This document shows positions 1-10,456 of a DNA stretch of 64,000 nucleotides, piece after piece. The position numbers and the translations under genes were made by a program. The number at the start of each line of letters is the position of its first letter. The stretch's first letter is position 1. Below the pieces are notes generated by a model. The model was not told where the DNA came from. It saw only the letters and a program-made list of their open reading frames with translations, and did no database searches. The stretch spans positions 1,064 through 65,063 of the forward strand of contig JBKHDI010000013.1 of NCBI GenBank assembly GCA_046541415.1. Direction: 5' to 3'. Source of the stretch: Phycisphaerae bacterium. Lineage in GTDB: Bacteria > Planctomycetota > Phycisphaerae > SM23-33.

Positions 1-45
1 CCACCTTCCTGTCAAGGTTACCCCCGCCAAGGAAGCGAAAGACAA

Positions 46-1605
46 ATGAGACGCACAAGACTTTCCCTGATCCTGCTGCTGTTCATCGTGGCCCTGCCGG
101 TGGGGAAGATCCCCGCCCAGCAGGCCGAGACTGCGGATCGCCCGGCCGATGTAGAGCCCGCCGCCACACAGCCGCCCGAGCCTTCCGACGAGGAGACCTT
201 CGGCAAGGTTACCCGGCGCTGGCAGGAGAAGCTCCAGCAGAGCGTCGATGAGATCCAGGAGCTCCGAGAGCAGAGGCAGCAGACACTCGTCGAGCTGAAC
301 AAGCAGCTGAACCAGCTGGAAGACCGGTTGCTCCAGGCCCAGCAGGAGAATGAACGCATCAGCCGCCTGCAGAGCGAGAACATTCAGGCACGGAACAACC
401 TGAAGGACGAGATCGCAGGGCGCGAGAAGGTTGTCGACTACCTTCAGACGATTTTCGGCCAGTATGCCGACACCTTCACCGAACAGCTGCACGTCGCCGA
501 GCGACAGCGGTATCGTCCCGTGCTGGAATCGGCCCGCAAGGCCCGGTCCGACCAGTCGCTGTCGGATGCGGAAATGTTCGTCGAGCAGGTCAAGCTGATC
601 GACCTGTCGATCGACCGGCTGGAGGACGTTCTCGGCGGGACGCGCTTTGCCGGCCAGGCTGTCGACCCGCTGGATGACAACACCGTCAAGGACGGCATGT
701 TCGTGATCATCGGCCCGGCGGGGCTGTTCCGGTCCGACGACGGCAGCGCGGTCGGCACGGTGGAACAGCCGGTCGAGTCGACCGAAGACGCCGCGGCGGT
801 TACCGCCTTCGCCGACGAGCAGGACGCCCGTGCCGCGGCCGAGCTTGTCCGCTCGGGCAGCGGTCAGTTCCCGCTGGATACGACGCTGGGCAAGGCCCAC
901 AGAATCCAGGCGACCGAGGAGACGATCATCGAGCATATCCAGAAGGGCGGGCCTGTGATGGTGCCGATTTTGGGCATGGCGGGTCTGGCCCTGCTGGTGG
1001 TGCTCTATAAGTGGGTGGCCCTGACGTTGGTGCCCAAGCCCTCGGAGCGGAAGGTACAGGCCCTGCTGGATGCGGTGGCCGCCGGGGACGTCAACTCGGC
1101 CAAACAGCGCGTCGGCGAGATCAAGGGTCCGATCGGCCAGATGCTCAAGGCCGGTGTGAACCACATCCGCGAGCCGCGCGAGTTGATCGAAGAGGTCATG
1201 TACGAGAACGTCCTGTCGACCAAGCTCAAGCTCCAGCGGCTGCTGCCTTTCGTGGCCATCGCCGCCAGTTCGGCTCCGCTGCTGGGTCTGCTGGGTACGG
1301 TTACGGGCATTATCAACACGTTCAAGATGATCACCGTGCACGGTTCGGGCGATGTGAAGATGCTCTCGGGGGGCATATCCGAGGCGTTGATTACCACGGA
1401 GTTCGGCCTGATCGTTGCGATTCCCTCGCTGCTGCTGCACGCCTTCCTGACCCGCAAGGCCAAGGGCCTGAGCAACCGGATGGAGAAGACGGCAGTGGCG
1501 TTTGTCAACCAGGTGGGCAAGGTGCGGATCGACCAGGCCGAAGATATCCTGGCCAAAGCCGAAAGCAGCTCGCAGGTCGAGCAAGACGGAAAGGACCAGG
1601 GCTAG
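46..1605 (+). CDS. MotA/TolQ/ExbB proton-channel family protein, long form with an ~300 aa N-terminal coiled-coil periplasmic domain
   Basis: N-terminal signal sequence MRRTRLSLILLLFIVALPVG. Heptad-rich coiled coil (QELREQRQQTLVELNKQLNQLEDRLLQAQQENERISRLQ). C-terminal MotA/ExbB signature LLGLLGTVTGIINTF...GGISEALITTEFGLIVAIPSLLLHAF. Confidence 0.75.
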   Translation: MRRTRLSLILLLFIVALPVGKIPAQQAETADRPADVEPAATQPPEPSDEETFGKVTRRWQEKLQQSVDEIQELREQRQQTLVELNKQLNQLEDRLLQAQQENERISRLQSENIQARNNLKDEIAGREKVVDYLQTIFGQYADTFTEQLHVAERQRYRPVLESARKARSDQSLSDAEMFVEQVKLIDLSIDRLEDVLGGTRFAGQAVDPLDDNTVKDGMFVIIGPAGLFRSDDGSAVGTVEQPVESTEDAAAVTAFADEQDARAAAELVRSGSGQFPLDTTLGKAHRIQATEETIIEHIQKGGPVMVPILGMAGLALLVVLYKWVALTLVPKPSERKVQALLDAVAAGDVNSAKQRVGEIKGPIGQMLKAGVNHIREPRELIEEVMYENVLSTKLKLQRLLPFVAIAASSAPLLGLLGTVTGIINTFKMITVHGSGDVKMLSGGISEALITTEFGLIVAIPSLLLHAFLTRKAKGLSNRMEKTAVAFVNQVGKVRIDQAEDILAKAESSSQVEQDGKDQG

Positions 1606-1611
1606 CAGCCG

Positions 1612-2265
1612 ATGGAACAGATCCGAGGCATACTCGATCACTTTCCCGCGTTGTGGAACCAGGCGATTGCCATCTGGGCCTCGGGGGGCTGGGCGATGTA
1701 CGCCATCGCCGTAAACGCCCTGGTCATGTTCGGGATGGGAATGCACATCTGGTTCAAGCTGCGGGAGAAGGGTTTTTCGTCGGTGCCTGAGAAGACCTGG
1801 CGCCGGTGGATCGACCACCCGGACCAGCGCAAGGGCCCGGTCGGGCGGCTGCTGGATTTCGTCAGCGGCGCCCGCTCGCTGAAAGACTCAGCCATCAACT
1901 TTGAGGAGTTGCAGGCCTCGGAAGTCGCCCCGTTCCAGCGGGACCTGCTGGTGATGCGGATTGCCGTCGGCGCCGCGCCGCTTTTGGGCCTGCTGGGAAC
2001 GGTTACGGGCATGCTTTCGACGTTCGGAGCCATGGCCACCGGCACAGGCGGCGAGCAGACGATGGACCAGATTGCCAAGGGCATCAGCGAGGCGCTGGTG
2101 ACCACGGAGACCGGGCTGGTCATCGCCCTGCCCGGGCTGTTCATGCAGCACGCGCTGGGCAGGGGCGTGGAGAAGTACAAGGCGTTCCTGGCGCACCTGG
2201 AGACGGTATTCAACCAGAACCTTTACTGGCGGATCAAGGCGGGTCAGCCTTCGCCGGCGGCCTGA
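1612..2265 (+). CDS. exbB: ExbB/TolQ-type proton channel, short form
   Basis: LLGLLGTVTGMLSTFGAMA...GISEALVTTETGLVIALPGLFMQH. Three predicted TM helices. Start lies 7 bp after the previous stop. Confidence 0.8.
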   Translation: MEQIRGILDHFPALWNQAIAIWASGGWAMYAIAVNALVMFGMGMHIWFKLREKGFSSVPEKTWRRWIDHPDQRKGPVGRLLDFVSGARSLKDSAINFEELQASEVAPFQRDLLVMRIAVGAAPLLGLLGTVTGMLSTFGAMATGTGGEQTMDQIAKGISEALVTTETGLVIALPGLFMQHALGRGVEKYKAFLAHLETVFNQNLYWRIKAGQPSPAA

Positions 2266-2278
2266 GAAGGAAACGGAT

Positions 2279-2689
2279 ATGAGTCGATTTCGAGACAGTG
2301 CAGACGATGATCTCGGCGCGACGGGGATAGACATCTCCCCGCTGATGGACTGCGTTTTCATCCTGCTGATCTTCTTTATCGTCACCACGACGTTCGTCGA
2401 GGAGACGGGCGTGGAGGTCGAGAAGCCCGCCGCTGCGGCCGGGGAAAGCCTGGAGAAGAACTCCATCCTTATCGCCGTCACCCAGGGCGGGGAGGTGGTT
2501 TATGCGGGCAAAAAGATCGGCGTCGGCGGCGTCCGGCAGGTCGTTCAGCAGCAGTTGGAGGGCAACCCGGAGATGCCCGTGATCATCCAGTCGGACAAGT
2601 CGGCCCAGCACGGCCTGGCCATGCAGGTCTTCGGACAGGCCAAGACCGCCGGGGCCCTGAAAGTCAGCTTCGCCGTACAGGAAGAGTAA
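2279..2689 (+). CDS. exbD: ExbD/TolR biopolymer transport protein
   Basis: DISPLMDCVFILLIFFIVTTTF single TM helix plus periplasmic domain. Size and position after exbB fit. Confidence 0.8.
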   Translation: MSRFRDSADDDLGATGIDISPLMDCVFILLIFFIVTTTFVEETGVEVEKPAAAAGESLEKNSILIAVTQGGEVVYAGKKIGVGGVRQVVQQQLEGNPEMPVIIQSDKSAQHGLAMQVFGQAKTAGALKVSFAVQEE

Positions 2690-2699
2690 GCCCGAACTG

Positions 2700-3377
2700 A
2701 TGAAACCGTCAAACGGAACATCCTTGGCCCGGAAGATCGTCCAGCGGCTGCTGACGGCCGTGCTGGCCGTGGCGCTGACGCTGGCGTTCTTCCTGGTCCT
2801 GCCGGTCATCCAGACGATCAGCGAGGCGATCCAGCAGGACCGCTTCGTGGTGGTCACGCCGGAGGTCCCCGCCCCGGAGACGCCCCCGGACGTGCCCGAC
2901 CCGCCGGAACCGGAGGAAGAGGAGCCCGAAGATCAGCCCCCGCCGCAGATGGACCAGCCGAGCGACCAGCAACTGGCAGACCTGAACCAACTGGGCGACC
3001 TGCTCAGCGGTACCGGTGACAGCGTGGGCTTCGGCCAGAGTTTTGCCGCCCCGCAGATCGACACCCAGCAGTTTGCCGCCGCAGGGATGGACAGCATGGT
3101 CAACATGACCGAATTGGACCAGAAACCCAGGCCGATCTCGCAGGCCTCGCCGCGGACTCCTTCGCAGATGCGGGGCCGGGGCGGCAAGGTCCACGTGCTG
3201 TTCGACGTCAATCCGCAGGGCCGCGTTGAAAACGCCATCGTGGAACGCTCCACGCATCCCCTGCTGGACGCCCCTGCCCTGGAGGCGGTTCGCAAGTGGA
3301 CGTTCGAGCCGGGCAAACGGGCCGGTCAGCCCGCCCGCTTCCGCATGCGCGTACCCATCGTATTCCCCAAACGATAA
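2700..3377 (+). CDS. tonB: TonB-family energy transducer (N-terminal TM, Pro/Glu-rich spacer, C-terminal TonB domain)
   Basis: TM helix LLTAVLAVALTLAFFLVL. PEVPAPETPPDVPDPPEPEEEEPEDQPPPQ proline-rich linker. C-terminal ...LEAVRKWTFEPGKRAGQP fold typical of TonB_C. Confidence 0.65.
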   Translation: MKPSNGTSLARKIVQRLLTAVLAVALTLAFFLVLPVIQTISEAIQQDRFVVVTPEVPAPETPPDVPDPPEPEEEEPEDQPPPQMDQPSDQQLADLNQLGDLLSGTGDSVGFGQSFAAPQIDTQQFAAAGMDSMVNMTELDQKPRPISQASPRTPSQMRGRGGKVHVLFDVNPQGRVENAIVERSTHPLLDAPALEAVRKWTFEPGKRAGQPARFRMRVPIVFPKR

Positions 3378-3399
3378 CCCGATTCTGGAACCATATGAA

Positions 3400-4983
3400 A
3401 TGAATGACAGAGACTACACGATCCGGAACATCGATGCCCGGGCGATCCTGCTGGCGGCTCTGCCGCTGGTCTGTGCTGTCCTGGCCGGCTGCGAACTGAC
3501 CATCGACGGACAGCCGGTGTTCGGCAAGCAGGACCTGACCAGCAAGGACAAGGAAACCGACGCGCTGTACGAGCAGGGCACGGGCGTGCTGGAAGACGGC
3601 AGGGAGGTGCGTACCTTCGAGTCCGACGCCTCGCAGTTGGCTATCTGGCGCGACCCGCAGTTCCGCAAGGACTTCATGGACAGCTACATCGCGGTAACCG
3701 AAGTCGAACCGCCGGTAGCCGAAGTCGACAAGCCCGTGCTGCAGGAAATCCTGTTGCTGATGAACGACGGCAAGACCGAACAGGCGATCGCGCGGCTGGA
3801 GGAAATCCGAGGCCCCGACGCCACGCCGCAGTTCGACTTTCTGCTGGGCAACCTGTACCTCCAGAGGAAGGCCCCGGAGGACCAGAGCAAGCCGGATTCG
3901 GACTATAAGAAAGCGGCCGCGGCATTCACCGTGGCCACCAAGCGGTTTCCGCGGTTCCGCCGGGCCTGGAAGCAACTGGGCCTGACCTGGGTGCAGCTGA
4001 AGCAGTACGATCGTGCGGCCGAGGCACTGTCCAAGGCGGCCGGGCTGGGCGACAACGACGAGGTCACCTACGGCCTGCTGGGTTACAGCCAGATCATGAT
4101 GGAGAACCCCATCTCCGCCGAAAGCGCCTATCGCATGGCGATGATGATCAAGCCGGATCGCCTGGACTGGAAGATGGGGCTGGTCCAGAGCTTTTTCGCC
4201 CAGAAGCGGTACGCGGAGGCGGCCGCCCTGGCCGGTGAACTGCTCAAGGAGAACACCTCCAACGTTACCCTCTGGACGCTGCAGGGCAAGGCGTACCTGG
4301 GCATGGGCAAGTTCCTCCAGGCCGCTGAGAATTTCGAGCTGATCGACTCGATGGGTCATGCCGGCTATGACGATCTGGTCATGCTGGGTGACATTTACAT
4401 CAACGAGAAGCTCTACAGCCCGGCGGTATCTGCCTATCGGCGGGCGATCGAGAAGACCCGCTCGACTGAGGATCTGGATGCCGACGCTCTGTCGCGTCGG
4501 ATCGACCGGGCCCTGCGGGCGGCCAAGGCGTTGGCTTTCCAGGGCAGCCAGGCGGCGGATCAGGCTTCGGCCCTTCTCGGGCAGATAGAGCAGAACTACA
4601 GGCAGGAGATGACCGACGCCCAGCATACCGAGATGCTCAAGCTTCAGGCCCGTCTGGCCAAGGCCGATGAGCAGACCGAGCAGGAGGCGAAGCTGCTGCA
4701 GGAGATCGTCGCCCTGAATCCACGGGACGGCGAGGCGATGATGATGCTCGGGCGCTACTACGACCGGATCGGTCAGCCGGAAAAGGCCGCCGACACCTTC
4801 CAGCAGGCGGCCAATATCGAGGGCTTCGAGGCAGAGGCCAAGATCGGCCATGCCCAGGTGCTGGCTCGCCAGGGCAAGTTCGACCAGGCCCTGCCCCTGC
4901 TTCGCCAGAGCTATCAACTGGAGCCCAAGGCCAACGTCAAAGAGTACATCGAAAAGATCGAACGCTATCTGCGTTCACGCTGA
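3400..4983 (+). CDS. TPR-repeat lipoprotein (secretin pilotin/assembly-factor candidate)
   Basis: ATG at 3400 is in frame with the track ORF 3226..4983. Lipobox LAGC. Multiple TPR-like repeats (AYLGMGKFLQAAENFE..., LGRYYDRIGQPEKAADTFQQA). The upstream part of the track ORF overlaps tonB and is rejected. Confidence 0.6.
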   Translation: MNDRDYTIRNIDARAILLAALPLVCAVLAGCELTIDGQPVFGKQDLTSKDKETDALYEQGTGVLEDGREVRTFESDASQLAIWRDPQFRKDFMDSYIAVTEVEPPVAEVDKPVLQEILLLMNDGKTEQAIARLEEIRGPDATPQFDFLLGNLYLQRKAPEDQSKPDSDYKKAAAAFTVATKRFPRFRRAWKQLGLTWVQLKQYDRAAEALSKAAGLGDNDEVTYGLLGYSQIMMENPISAESAYRMAMMIKPDRLDWKMGLVQSFFAQKRYAEAAALAGELLKENTSNVTLWTLQGKAYLGMGKFLQAAENFELIDSMGHAGYDDLVMLGDIYINEKLYSPAVSAYRRAIEKTRSTEDLDADALSRRIDRALRAAKALAFQGSQAADQASALLGQIEQNYRQEMTDAQHTEMLKLQARLAKADEQTEQEAKLLQEIVALNPRDGEAMMMLGRYYDRIGQPEKAADTFQQAANIEGFEAEAKIGHAQVLARQGKFDQALPLLRQSYQLEPKANVKEYIEKIERYLRSR

Positions 4984-4998
4984 GTCAGGAGGTCGAGG

Positions 4999-7203
4999 AT
5001 GTCTGCTTTGCGAACTGAGATGTTGTCAATCGCCTGCCTGGCAGCAGTGGTGATGATCGTGCTGCCCCCGGCCGCACAGGGGCAGGATGCCGCCGACGGT
5101 GAGGGCATGATCGAGCTGAAGTTCCCCGAACAACTCGAATTGAAGGTGCTCGTCGACTACGTCGCCAAGCGCAACAAGCTGAACTTCATCTACGAGGCGA
5201 CCCACCTGGCCGGCAAGCGGGTGACGATTGTCGCCTCGCAGAAGATCCCGGCTGACTCGCTGATGTCCCTGCTGGAGAGTGTGCTGGCTTCGAAGGGGCT
5301 GGTGATGTCGGAAACAGCGGCCGGGATGATCCGCATCGACATGACCAAGCCGCTGCCCCAGACCTCGGCCGGTCCGATCGACCAGCAGCAGGGCGACCAG
5401 GCGGCCAGGCCTAACCAGGCCGTCACGCGCGTCATCCGCCTCCAGCACGCAGCGCCAAAGCAGGTCGAGCAGGTGATCAAGCCGTTCCTCTCGGCCGCGA
5501 CGGCCAACATCACGCGACTGGAGGAGCATGGCATACTCATCGTGACCGATTACGGCTCGAATATGCCGCGTCTGGCGCAGCTGGTCGAATTGGTCGATCA
5601 GCCGCCGCGGAACGTGCGGATCGAATTCGTGACCGTCGAGCACCTCCGGGCTGAGCAGGTCCAGAAGAAATTGACGGCGCTGATCCAGGGTCAGACCCGC
5701 GCCCGAGGCTCGCAGAGTGCTGTGACCGTGCTGGCCGACGCGCGGACGAACAATCTGATCGTCCTGGGTCCGGCCGCCCAGGTCTCCGAGACGCTGGAGA
5801 TGATCGCCCTGCTGGACATACCGCTGGGCACGGACCGCGTGGTCTACGTGCCGAAAGTCGCCTCGGCCGAGCGGCTGGACCGCCTGGTCCGCAACGCCCT
5901 GGACCCGCTGGAGGCCGAACGCCTCTATCGCAGCACGGTCGACCAGCAGTCGAACATCCTGATCGCGACGACCACACCGGAGATCCGCAGGCAGATCGAG
6001 GCGATCCTCGGAGCGATCGACAAGCCCCTGCCCGACTCCCAGAGCCCCATCCGCTTCTACAAGCTGGAGAACGCCAAGGCCGCCGACGTGCTGACCACGC
6101 TGCGGAGTATCGAGGGGGAAATGGGCCTTTCGGGCGTGAGCATCGACGGGCTGCAGGCCCCGCGCGAGCAGTCCGCCGAGGAGAGGCTGCCCATTCGGGG
6201 CCCGACGAGCGAGCAGGTCAACCGCAAGGCCGGGGCCGACGCCAACGGCGACAAGGCCGGTCCGGTCGAGCTTGGCGACGCCCGCGTGATGGCCGATGAG
6301 GCTTCGAATACGATCATCGTCATCGCCCGTCCGGCCATGCACCCGATCTACGAGAAGCTCATCAACCGCCTGGACGTCCGTCGGGCCCAGGTGCTGCTGG
6401 AATCGACCATCGTGGCCATCGACACAACGGACGGCTTCAGCCTGGGCGTGGAGATCTCCCGCTCCGACAAGGCCAACAGCGGCGAGGATACCGTCCTGAA
6501 CTTCAGCTCCTTCGGGCTGAGCACCATCGACGACGACGCACGGCTGTCGATCAAGCCGGGCGTCGGGTTCAATGGCACGCTGATCAGCGCGGAGATCGCC
6601 GACGTGGTGATCCGCGCGCTGAAAAGCGACAGCCGCGCCCGGGTTGTCTCCCGCCCGTCCCTGCTGATCAACGACAATGCCACCGGCACGCTGTCCAGCG
6701 AGTCCGAAGAGCCTTTCTCCAGCGTCAACGCCTCGACCTCCGTGGCCACAACGAGCTTCGGCGGCTATTCCTCTGCCGGGACGAAGATCAAGATGACCCC
6801 GCAGATCAGCCAGGGCGAACACCTGAAGCTCGAATACGAGATCACCCTCAGCAGCTTCGGCGAGGAGGTCTCGGACAACCTGCCTCCCTCCCGCCAGACC
6901 AACACGCTGGCCAGCGAGGCGACGATTCCCAATGGGTACACGATCATCGTCGGTGGCCTGAGCCGGTCGGACTTCAGCGAGAACATCGATCGCGTGCCCC
7001 TGCTGGGCGAGTTGCCCGGCCTGGAGTATCTCTTCAGCAACCGCGCCAAGACGCAACGCGAGGCGACGCTGTTCGTCTTCATCCGCGCCACCATCCTGCG
7101 GGACGATGAATTCACCAGCCTCAAGATGCTCTCGGCCCAGGCGGCCCGCGAGGCAGAACTCAAGGACGCTTACCCGACCAGCGAAGCCGTGGAAATCCCC
7201 TGA
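4999..7203 (+). CDS. gspD: Type II secretion system secretin GspD
   Basis: Signal peptide, N0/N1-like repeats, C-terminal secretin domain (VVSRPSLLINDNATGTLSSE...VPLLGELPGLEYLFSN...ATLFVFIRATIL). Confidence 0.85.
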   Translation: MSALRTEMLSIACLAAVVMIVLPPAAQGQDAADGEGMIELKFPEQLELKVLVDYVAKRNKLNFIYEATHLAGKRVTIVASQKIPADSLMSLLESVLASKGLVMSETAAGMIRIDMTKPLPQTSAGPIDQQQGDQAARPNQAVTRVIRLQHAAPKQVEQVIKPFLSAATANITRLEEHGILIVTDYGSNMPRLAQLVELVDQPPRNVRIEFVTVEHLRAEQVQKKLTALIQGQTRARGSQSAVTVLADARTNNLIVLGPAAQVSETLEMIALLDIPLGTDRVVYVPKVASAERLDRLVRNALDPLEAERLYRSTVDQQSNILIATTTPEIRRQIEAILGAIDKPLPDSQSPIRFYKLENAKAADVLTTLRSIEGEMGLSGVSIDGLQAPREQSAEERLPIRGPTSEQVNRKAGADANGDKAGPVELGDARVMADEASNTIIVIARPAMHPIYEKLINRLDVRRAQVLLESTIVAIDTTDGFSLGVEISRSDKANSGEDTVLNFSSFGLSTIDDDARLSIKPGVGFNGTLISAEIADVVIRALKSDSRARVVSRPSLLINDNATGTLSSESEEPFSSVNASTSVATTSFGGYSSAGTKIKMTPQISQGEHLKLEYEITLSSFGEEVSDNLPPSRQTNTLASEATIPNGYTIIVGGLSRSDFSENIDRVPLLGELPGLEYLFSNRAKTQREATLFVFIRATILRDDEFTSLKMLSAQAAREAELKDAYPTSEAVEIP

Positions 7204-7214
7204 AAGGCCCGGCC

Positions 7215-8831
7215 ATGATCGTGCATACCAACAAAGAACAATCCGCCAAATGCCCCGTGCAGATCGATAGCGACCCGGCAGAGTCTGCCGCCCCGGCCGC
7301 TGCGCCTGGGGCCGGTGAAGGCATTGCCGGTCTGGCCCCATCGGCCCGGTTCGTCAAGCGGTTCGACATCGCCTTCGCCCGGTCGCACCAGGTGCTCGGC
7401 CTGGCTGGGTCCGACGGGCCGCTGCAACTGGCGATGGCCGATCCGGACGATCAGCAGACCCGCGACGTTGTCCGCCGCTGGATGGGGCGGGCCCTGCGTG
7501 TCCGACGCGTCGAGGCCGGTCAGATCCAGGCGGCGATCAACCACGCTTACGGCCAGCAGGCCGGGGCCGCCCAGGAGTTCGTCGAGCAGCTCGATCGCGA
7601 AACCGTCCTGCAGGACATCGAGAAACTCGACACCCGCGAAGATCTGCTCAACGTCGCCGACCGTGCACCGGTGATCAAGCTGGTCAACCTCGTGCTCTTC
7701 GAGGCCGTCCGCCAGCAAGCCTCGGACATCCACGTCCAGCCGTACGAAGATCGCCTGGTCATCCGCATGCGGATCGACGGCGTCCTGTTCGATACCTTCG
7801 ACCTGCCCGCCGGCGTCCAGGCTGAACTGGTCAGCCGCATCAAGGTCATGAGCCGGATGAACATCGCCGAGAAACGCCTGCCCCAGGACGGGCGGGCCAG
7901 CGTGCAGATCGGCGACCGGCAGATCGACCTGCGCGTCTCGACCGTCCCGGCCAGCCATGGCGAACGCGTGGTTATCCGCCTGCTGGACAAATCCGTCCGC
8001 CTCTACACGCTGGACCAGTTGGGCATGGCCCCGGCGGCCTTGCGCCGCTTTGCCGACCTGATCGGCGTCGAGCACGGGCTGATCCTGGTCACCGGCCCGA
8101 CCGGCTCGGGCAAGACCACCACGCTCTATGCGGCCCTGGGGCAGATCAACTCGACCGAGCGGAACATCATCACGCTGGAAGACCCGATCGAGTACCAGCT
8201 TGACGGGATCAGCCAGATTCAGATCGCCGAGAAGAAGGGCATGACCTTCGCCAGCGGCCTGCGGTCGGTGCTCCGCCAGGACCCGGATATCGTGATGATC
8301 GGTGAGATCCGCGACCGCGAGACGGCGGTGATGGCGATTCAGTCTGCCCTGACCGGCCACCTGGTCTTCAGCACGCTGCACACCAACGACGCAGCCAGCG
8401 CAGTGACCCGCCTTCTGGACCTGGGCATTGAGCCGTACCTGGTCTCCAGTTCGCTGGTCGGCGTGCTGGCCCAGCGACTTGTCCGGCGCGTCTGCGGCGC
8501 CTGCAGCCGCCCGGTCAGGCCCAACAAGCTGCAGCTGCGCTCGCTGGGCGGCCAACTGGATGCCGCCGCGATGTCCGGCTTCCGTGTCGGGTCGGGCTGT
8601 CCGGCGTGTCGCCAGACCGGCTACCAGGGACGGGCGGGCGTGTTCGAACTGCTGCGTACCGACGAGGCCATCCGCCGGCTGATCCAGCAGCGCAGCAGCG
8701 CTGCCGAAATCCATTCCGCCGCCCTCGATGCCGGTATGCAGTCGCTGGCCGCCGACGCCCTGGGCAAGGCAACCCGCGGAATCACCAGCCTCGAAGAAGT
8801 CCACCGCATCTCCATGCAGGCCTGCACCTGA
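7215..8831 (+). CDS. gspE: Type II secretion ATPase GspE
   Basis: Walker A GPTGSGKTT. Asp box and His box (MIGEIRD...TGHLVFSTLHTND). C-terminal tetracysteine CGACSRP...CPACRQTG. Confidence 0.9.
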   Translation: MIVHTNKEQSAKCPVQIDSDPAESAAPAAAPGAGEGIAGLAPSARFVKRFDIAFARSHQVLGLAGSDGPLQLAMADPDDQQTRDVVRRWMGRALRVRRVEAGQIQAAINHAYGQQAGAAQEFVEQLDRETVLQDIEKLDTREDLLNVADRAPVIKLVNLVLFEAVRQQASDIHVQPYEDRLVIRMRIDGVLFDTFDLPAGVQAELVSRIKVMSRMNIAEKRLPQDGRASVQIGDRQIDLRVSTVPASHGERVVIRLLDKSVRLYTLDQLGMAPAALRRFADLIGVEHGLILVTGPTGSGKTTTLYAALGQINSTERNIITLEDPIEYQLDGISQIQIAEKKGMTFASGLRSVLRQDPDIVMIGEIRDRETAVMAIQSALTGHLVFSTLHTNDAASAVTRLLDLGIEPYLVSSSLVGVLAQRLVRRVCGACSRPVRPNKLQLRSLGGQLDAAAMSGFRVGSGCPACRQTGYQGRAGVFELLRTDEAIRRLIQQRSSAAEIHSAALDAGMQSLAADALGKATRGITSLEEVHRISMQACT

Positions 8832-10045
8832 TGCCCGTATTCACTTACACAGCCCGATCAGTCGGGGCCGGCCAGGCCCCTGAAATCCGCGGCACGATCA
8901 CGGCGGATTCACCCCGGTCTGCGCGCGATCAACTGCGTCGACGCGGCCTTTCGATCCGCCGGCTGGACCGCCAGTCCGCCGGACGGACCGGCTCGGCGGT
9001 CGGGCGGTATCTGACTCGCCGCCAGCGCGTCAAGGTCACAGGTCTGCTGCAGGAACTGGCCACGCTGCTCTCGGCGGGCATTCCGCTGCTGGAGGCGTTG
9101 GAGACGGCCTCCCGCCAGCACCGCGGGCGGTTCCGGCAAGGCCTCCTGCTGCTTCGCGACCACGTAGCGGCCGGCGGCTCGCTGGGACAGGCCCTGGCCG
9201 CCCAATCCGACCTGTTCGACCCGCTGTGCGTGAGCATCGTGGAAGTCGGGGAGAACGCCGGCACGCTGGATGTGTCTCTGACCCGGCTGGTCGAGTACCG
9301 CCGGACCGCGGCCGGGCTGAAGAACCGCGTCGCCTCGGCGCTGATGTACCCGATGATCGTCCTGGCTGCGGGGATCGGTGTGAGCCTGTTCCTGATGGCC
9401 TACGTCGTACCGAACCTGCTGGACAGCCTGGCTGCCAGCGGCAAGGACCTGCCGGCCGCGACGCGCATCGTCCGGGCATCCAGCGAGTTGATCCTCCATT
9501 GGTGGTGGCTGATGGCCCTGGCCGCCGGTGGGGCCTTGGCAGGGTTCGCCGCCCTGTTGCGCAGCGAGAAGGGGGGCAGGGCCTTCGACCGCGCCGTTTT
9601 GAGGATCCCGCTGCTGGGCGACCTGATCCGCAAACAATCGGTCGCCCGGATGTCGATGGTGCTGGCGGCGCTTCTCAAGAGCGGCCTGACCTTCGTCCAC
9701 GCCATCCGCATCGTTCGCCCGACGATCCGCAACCGGGTGATCCGCGACGCGCTGGTCAGCTGCGAGCAGGCGGTCGGGGCCGGACAGGATATCTCAGCCG
9801 CCCTGGAGCAGACCGAAGCTTTCGATCCGCTGGTGGTGCAGATCTTCGCCGTCGGTCAGGCGTCGGGCCACCTCGAGAAGATGCTCGAAAACCTCGCCGC
9901 CGACTACGAAACACAGGTCGAGCTGACCTCGCAGCGCCTGACGACGCTGCTGGAGCCGTTGATGATGATTCTCCTTGCGATCGTGGTGGGTTTCATCGCG
10001 TTCGCGACCATGCTACCCATACTGGAGGCTGGAAATGTTCTGTAA
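8831..10045 (+). CDS. gspF: Type II secretion inner-membrane platform protein GspF
   Basis: ATG at 8831 overlaps the gspE stop (ATGA). Two GspF-type cytoplasmic domains with three TM segments. C-terminal ...LPILEAGN. Confidence 0.85.
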   Translation: MPVFTYTARSVGAGQAPEIRGTITADSPRSARDQLRRRGLSIRRLDRQSAGRTGSAVGRYLTRRQRVKVTGLLQELATLLSAGIPLLEALETASRQHRGRFRQGLLLLRDHVAAGGSLGQALAAQSDLFDPLCVSIVEVGENAGTLDVSLTRLVEYRRTAAGLKNRVASALMYPMIVLAAGIGVSLFLMAYVVPNLLDSLAASGKDLPAATRIVRASSELILHWWWLMALAAGGALAGFAALLRSEKGGRAFDRAVLRIPLLGDLIRKQSVARMSMVLAALLKSGLTFVHAIRIVRPTIRNRVIRDALVSCEQAVGAGQDISAALEQTEAFDPLVVQIFAVGQASGHLEKMLENLAADYETQVELTSQRLTTLLEPLMMILLAIVVGFIAFATMLPILEAGNVL

Positions 10046-10454
10046 CACCAACCGCGGGACCCGCAGGCGACTTGCCGCCGCGGGCTTTACGTTCATCGAA
10101 GTGATGGTCGTCGTAGTGATCATCGGCATGCTCGCCGGCGCGGTTACGCTGAAGGTCCGCGACCACATGCAGACCGCGCGGGTCAACCGGGCCCGGGCCG
10201 ACATCCGCGTGATCGTCGAGGCCGTCGAAGCCTACAGCCTCAACCATGCCGGGGCCTACCCCACCAGCAGCGCGGGGCTGGAGGATGTGCAGGTCGACGT
10301 CGGCAAGGACCCGTGGGGCCAGCCCTACCAGTACAACCGGCCCGGGGCCAACGGCGAGCAGTTCGAGGTCTTCAGCCTCGGTGCCGACGGCCAGCCGGGC
10401 GGCGACGATGAAGACGCGGACATCTACTCCTGGCAACTCAAGGACGACCAGTAA
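10035..10454 (+). CDS. gspG: Major pseudopilin GspG
   Basis: Prepilin leader plus cleavage/methylation motif AAGFTFIEVMVVVVIIGMLAG. Conserved GspG core ...DPWGQPYQY. Confidence 0.8.
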   Translation: MFCNTNRGTRRRLAAAGFTFIEVMVVVVIIGMLAGAVTLKVRDHMQTARVNRARADIRVIVEAVEAYSLNHAGAYPTSSAGLEDVQVDVGKDPWGQPYQYNRPGANGEQFEVFSLGADGQPGGDDEDADIYSWQLKDDQ

Positions 10455-10456
10455 AC

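Noticed and set aside
3208-4917. 569-aa minus-strand ORF
   Set aside because: Entirely antisense to the TPR lipoprotein gene. Low-complexity Leu/Gly/Arg-rich translation typical of a reverse-frame high-GC artefact.
5026-7341. 771-aa minus-strand ORF
   Set aside because: Antisense to gspD. No domain signal. Arg/Gly/Ala-rich artefact.
7170-8804. 544-aa minus-strand ORF
   Set aside because: Antisense to gspE, which has unambiguous Walker A and B motifs on the plus strand.
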